A DNA stretch of 10,250 nt from Fidelibacterota bacterium (GTDB taxonomy: Bacteria; Fidelibacterota; Fidelibacteria; Fidelibacterales; Fidelibacteraceae): contig JAYEOX010000024.1 of the NCBI GenBank assembly GCA_034723415.1, positions 1 through 10,250 on the forward strand, written 5' to 3'. Positions 6,816 to 10,250 of the stretch are shown piece after piece (position 1 is the first letter of the stretch; each line of letters starts with the position of its first letter). The notes under the pieces were generated by a model. It saw only the letters and a program-made list of their open reading frames with translations. It was not told the origin of the DNA and searched no databases. The position numbers and the translations under genes are program-made.

Positions 6816-9800
6816 TTAAAAATACGCCCTTACTTCCATTTTACCTAAAATTATAGATTTACTTTCTCCTCGTTTACGATATTGAAATAATCCATTTACA
6901 GAAATTGCTTCGGAAATTCTCTTTTCATATCGAATAATTGCTCTTGTTGATGAACCAATTGGTCGTCCTTGAGCAACTTCATAAGGAAATATTCCCTCAT
7001 AATCACTCCATACTTTTGAATATGTAATGGAAGCAAATATCAGTTCTCCTACTTTTCTATTCCAATTCCATTCATTTTTCACAACTAATAAATCTGTATT
7101 GAATTGACTATTAAAATCCGTATCAATATTCTGATATTCTACTCCTAAACTATTGCTTATATTTTTCAAAATAGAATATTGAAAATTAACAGCTCCTCCC
7201 TTTCGTTTCATTTTTATTGAATAACTTCCTATCGGTAAAGTTTCTCTTATTTCATCCGAATGTTTTAAAATGAAATCCCATCTAGTATTTTTCCGCACAA
7301 TTCTATATTTATATTCAAATTTATCACTTGTCTGCAACTTCTCTGCATTAATATCTCTTGCATTTTGCATTCTTGATTGATCTACAAAAATAGAGAATAT
7401 TTTCTTTCCGGATTTTGATCTGAACTTAAAATTATTTTTAAATCTTATTGAACCGAAATATAAAGATGAATCCAATTTATCAGTTGAAATATTGGAATAT
7501 AATCTTAGATCATCAGATTTAAATTCTAAATTTGTTCGGTTATTATATGAAAATTTTATTGGTATTTTTAAATTAAATTCCTTTTGCCAGCGAATATTCC
7601 ACTGACTTTTATGAACATATTGTTCAATTCGTTCGTTCGTTAATTCATATCTTAAACGATATTCTCCAAAATCATCAAAAATATATCTATTATAATTTTC
7701 ATCCCAAGAATATTGCCCATATCCAACTCCAACAGAATCGAAAACTGCCTCTCTTTTTGCTTCGGAAGTTCTATTAATATTTGTATTTATATTTCCGGAA
7801 AATCCCCATTTTGGATTACGATATTGAAACCTATTTTGAGTAAGGAAAAAGTTTTCATTCTCTTTACGATGTCTTTCATCTCTATACGAAGCTGAAATAT
7901 ACCAAGAAGAAAATGAAGAGAATTTATGATCATATTTCATTTTTATATCATTTTTTTGTGAATACCAATTAAACTTATCTGTCTCACTATCCCATCTGAA
8001 ATCATCTCTAATAATATGTTCTAATGATAATTTTTTCAACTTAATCCCTGTAGTAAATTCTTCACTTCGGTAAGAATTATTATTGTTATAAATCGGTTCA
8101 AAATAGTCGCGATCATATTCTAAAGAAGTTTTAAGGTTTTTTAATATCGGAAAATTAACTCCTAATTCTATCATTTGATAGGGTAGTAATTTATTTTCCA
8201 AAAGTTGTGACCAATTATATTTAATTCCAAAATCGCCTTTTTTTATTCCGGAAATACCTATTTTTGAACGCAAGCTATCATTTGCAGCACCAACTTGATG
8301 TAATGAAAAATTATTTTTAAATTTTTTATACTCTAATAGAATTCTATAATCAAAATATTTTGTGATCGTATCTTGTGAAGTGTAACCAGTGCTTCTTTCA
8401 AAATCAGGATTAGTTAATTTATCAAAACTTCTAAATTTTTTATTTTTCATCCAGCCATTAAATTGTAAAGCAATTCGTGGCTTATCATTTTTAATCACAA
8501 ACTTACTATCCCACTTGACAGCACCGTTATTATCTTTATTTTCATTAAAATTATTTTGATTAAATGATGAATATGCCCATTCTACATTCAAACCAATTCT
8601 CTTTTTATAATTCAATAGCACACCACCTGAACTGACCAAATGAGTTGTCGGTAAATTTACAAATCTACGAGGATAATATTGAGAAGCAGGATCATCAGGA
8701 GCATATTTAAAATACGGATATCCATCTGTAGTATCACATCTAACATATCCGCCATTTATATTTTCTCTATAAAAATAAACGCGGTAACTACCATTATTCC
8801 TCCCGTTAAAAACATAAACACTATCAACCAAATTATAATCACCGGTGCTATCTTTTACTGCACTTGGGATAGAGATCACTTCTTTATCGCTAAGATTTTT
8901 TAATGAATCGGAATCAATTTGAGATAAAAATGCGTCAATTGGATTATTTTCATCCTGCTTTTCTCTAATTGCAGAAACCCAGAATTTACTATTTTTTAAA
9001 AACGATTTTTCTACAAATCCACCAAAACTTGTCTGTGGAAATGTTTCATTTTCGTAATTGAATTCAACAAATATTCTTGACTCTTCTGAAACTAAAACAT
9101 CAGATGAAAAGAATATTTCAGCATTTTGATAATATAACATATACTTATCTTTAGAAAGTTTCTCACCATTCAAATATACACTTTCTGAACCGGAAATAAT
9201 CATAATTGAAGATTCGCCGCTTTTGCCAACTAAACGATACGGACCTTGATCACCACTTTTTGTTTCCAATTTTTGTCGTTGGAAGGTTCCCTTTGCTCCT
9301 CCAAAGAATCCAGCTGACTTGAAATTTTTCCCCTCTATTTTTGTTGAAGCTCCCATTAATTTGCGATCATATTTATTCCAATAACCATAATTAGATCTGA
9401 TATCAATATCTCCTATTTGAGAATATGTCTTTTCCGATTGCAAAATTAAATATATTCTATTTATCTCTTGTAATGACTGAGTTGACGAATAAGATTGATA
9501 CGGCGTTGAATTGTCTGTAATAGCTCCTGCAATAGTTAATTTTGGAGTTAACTTACCTGATATTTTCAAATCCATTCCTGCATTCAGAGAACTTTGTCCG
9601 TTTGTGCTTACTTTAATCTGACGAAATATTGAACCGGTTGTTTTTACATTTGATTGGTCAATATACAAATCGTCGCTTTCTGATTTTACGTTTTCCTCAT
9701 TTTCATCGAAATAATTATTGATCTTTTTTATTCCCAAATCATAACTTTTTGGAGCGTTTAGATCTGAATAATGATAGAATATTTTTACATTTTGAATTGA

Positions 9801-10022
9801 ATCAATTTTATCTAAAAGTATAAACCTTCCATAAGTATTATCAATAACGTAACGAATTGGTTGGCTTTCCCAAACTAATGAATCTAAACTTATATAATTC
9901 TTCTTTAACGAATAAATAGTTTTATCCTTTTCAAGAACAATTTTTTCGGATATGGCTCCTGCAGAAAGAATATTAACGAAAAATATTATTATCAAAAACT
10001 TTTTTGTCAAATCAAATTCCAA
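6816..10022 (-). CDS. Large uncharacterised outer-membrane beta-barrel protein with SprA-like N-terminal motif
   Basis: Signal peptide (KKFLIIIFFVNILSA); GSIFRQIKV...LKISGKL...ITD; QGPYRL...IISGSESVYLNGEKL...YMLYYQNAEIFF; many amphipathic beta-strands; C-terminal beta-signal MEVRAYF. The start is TTG, and TTG at 10010 (GGA upstream) may be the real one. The 3-nt gap to the next gene indicates an operon. Confidence 0.72.
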   Translation of the reverse strand: MEFDLTKKFLIIIFFVNILSAGAISEKIVLEKDKTIYSLKKNYISLDSLVWESQPIRYVIDNTYGRFILLDKIDSIQNVKIFYHYSDLNAPKSYDLGIKKINNYFDENEENVKSESDDLYIDQSNVKTTGSIFRQIKVSTNGQSSLNAGMDLKISGKLTPKLTIAGAITDNSTPYQSYSSTQSLQEINRIYLILQSEKTYSQIGDIDIRSNYGYWNKYDRKLMGASTKIEGKNFKSAGFFGGAKGTFQRQKLETKSGDQGPYRLVGKSGESSIMIISGSESVYLNGEKLSKDKYMLYYQNAEIFFSSDVLVSEESRIFVEFNYENETFPQTSFGGFVEKSFLKNSKFWVSAIREKQDENNPIDAFLSQIDSDSLKNLSDKEVISIPSAVKDSTGDYNLVDSVYVFNGRNNGSYRVYFYRENINGGYVRCDTTDGYPYFKYAPDDPASQYYPRRFVNLPTTHLVSSGGVLLNYKKRIGLNVEWAYSSFNQNNFNENKDNNGAVKWDSKFVIKNDKPRIALQFNGWMKNKKFRSFDKLTNPDFERSTGYTSQDTITKYFDYRILLEYKKFKNNFSLHQVGAANDSLRSKIGISGIKKGDFGIKYNWSQLLENKLLPYQMIELGVNFPILKNLKTSLEYDRDYFEPIYNNNNSYRSEEFTTGIKLKKLSLEHIIRDDFRWDSETDKFNWYSQKNDIKMKYDHKFSSFSSWYISASYRDERHRKENENFFLTQNRFQYRNPKWGFSGNINTNINRTSEAKREAVFDSVGVGYGQYSWDENYNRYIFDDFGEYRLRYELTNERIEQYVHKSQWNIRWQKEFNLKIPIKFSYNNRTNLEFKSDDLRLYSNISTDKLDSSLYFGSIRFKNNFKFRSKSGKKIFSIFVDQSRMQNARDINAEKLQTSDKFEYKYRIVRKNTRWDFILKHSDEIRETLPIGSYSIKMKRKGGAVNFQYSILKNISNSLGVEYQNIDTDFNSQFNTDLLVVKNEWNWNRKVGELIFASITYSKVWSDYEGIFPYEVAQGRPIGSSTRAIIRYEKRISEAISVNGLFQYRKRGESKSIILGKMEVRAYF

Positions 10023-10029
10023 TGATTAA

Positions 10030-10250
10030 CTATTTGGATTTATCATTAAGTGAAAAATGAACAATTTCTCCACGATTACTTATCATTTCATTGCTAACTT
10101 TATTTAGAAAAATTATATTCGAATAATTACTCAATGTATCAATATTATTTTCCTTTAACTCCCATTCAAAAATTTTCTTCCCATCAGTAAAAATAATATT
10201 TCCCAAATCAGCAAATAATATATTTTTAATCGAATATTTATTTGGCATTT
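10030..10250 (-). CDS. Hypothetical protein, probably the 3' part of a gene starting beyond the window
   Basis: The frame is open from the window edge to TAG at 10030, 7 nt before the next ORF on the same strand. No family is recognised. Confidence 0.6.
   Translation of the reverse strand, partial: MPNKYSIKNILFADLGNIIFTDGKKIFEWELKENNIDTLSNYSNIIFLNKVSNEMISNRGEIVHFSLNDKSK

Noticed and set aside
7713..8903. Plus-strand ORFs 7713-7895 and 8679-8903
   Set aside because: They are short antisense ORFs within the 1068-aa gene.
6816..10022. Naming the large barrel sprA/sov, or the 448-aa protein bamA
   Set aside because: Both are much shorter than the canonical proteins, and only local motif similarity can be seen.

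Overview
AT-rich bacterial window, probably from an FCB-group lineage (inferred from the T9SS-type C-terminal sorting domain). All intact genes are on the minus strand. In transcription order: the 3' end of a hypothetical gene, a ~1068-aa predicted outer-membrane beta-barrel with an SprA-like N-terminal motif, a 448-aa Omp85/BamA-TamA-type protein, a 1389-aa secreted GLUG-repeat protein with a T9SS type A CTD, and a TetR/AcrR regulator missed by the ORF track, with a sigma70 promoter and a palindromic operator. The GLUG gene has four near-identical modules holding 18 short repeat units. Their scaffold is almost invariant at DNA level, while the loops are hypervariable, rich in Y/N/D/S, built almost entirely from NNT codons and reused between modules, which suggests a diversifying binding surface. 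Both flanks carry small repeat elements. The downstream flank also holds a plus-strand 3' remnant resembling folE that begins right at a repeat. No reverse transcriptase, transposase, integrase, CRISPR array or RNA gene is recognisable.
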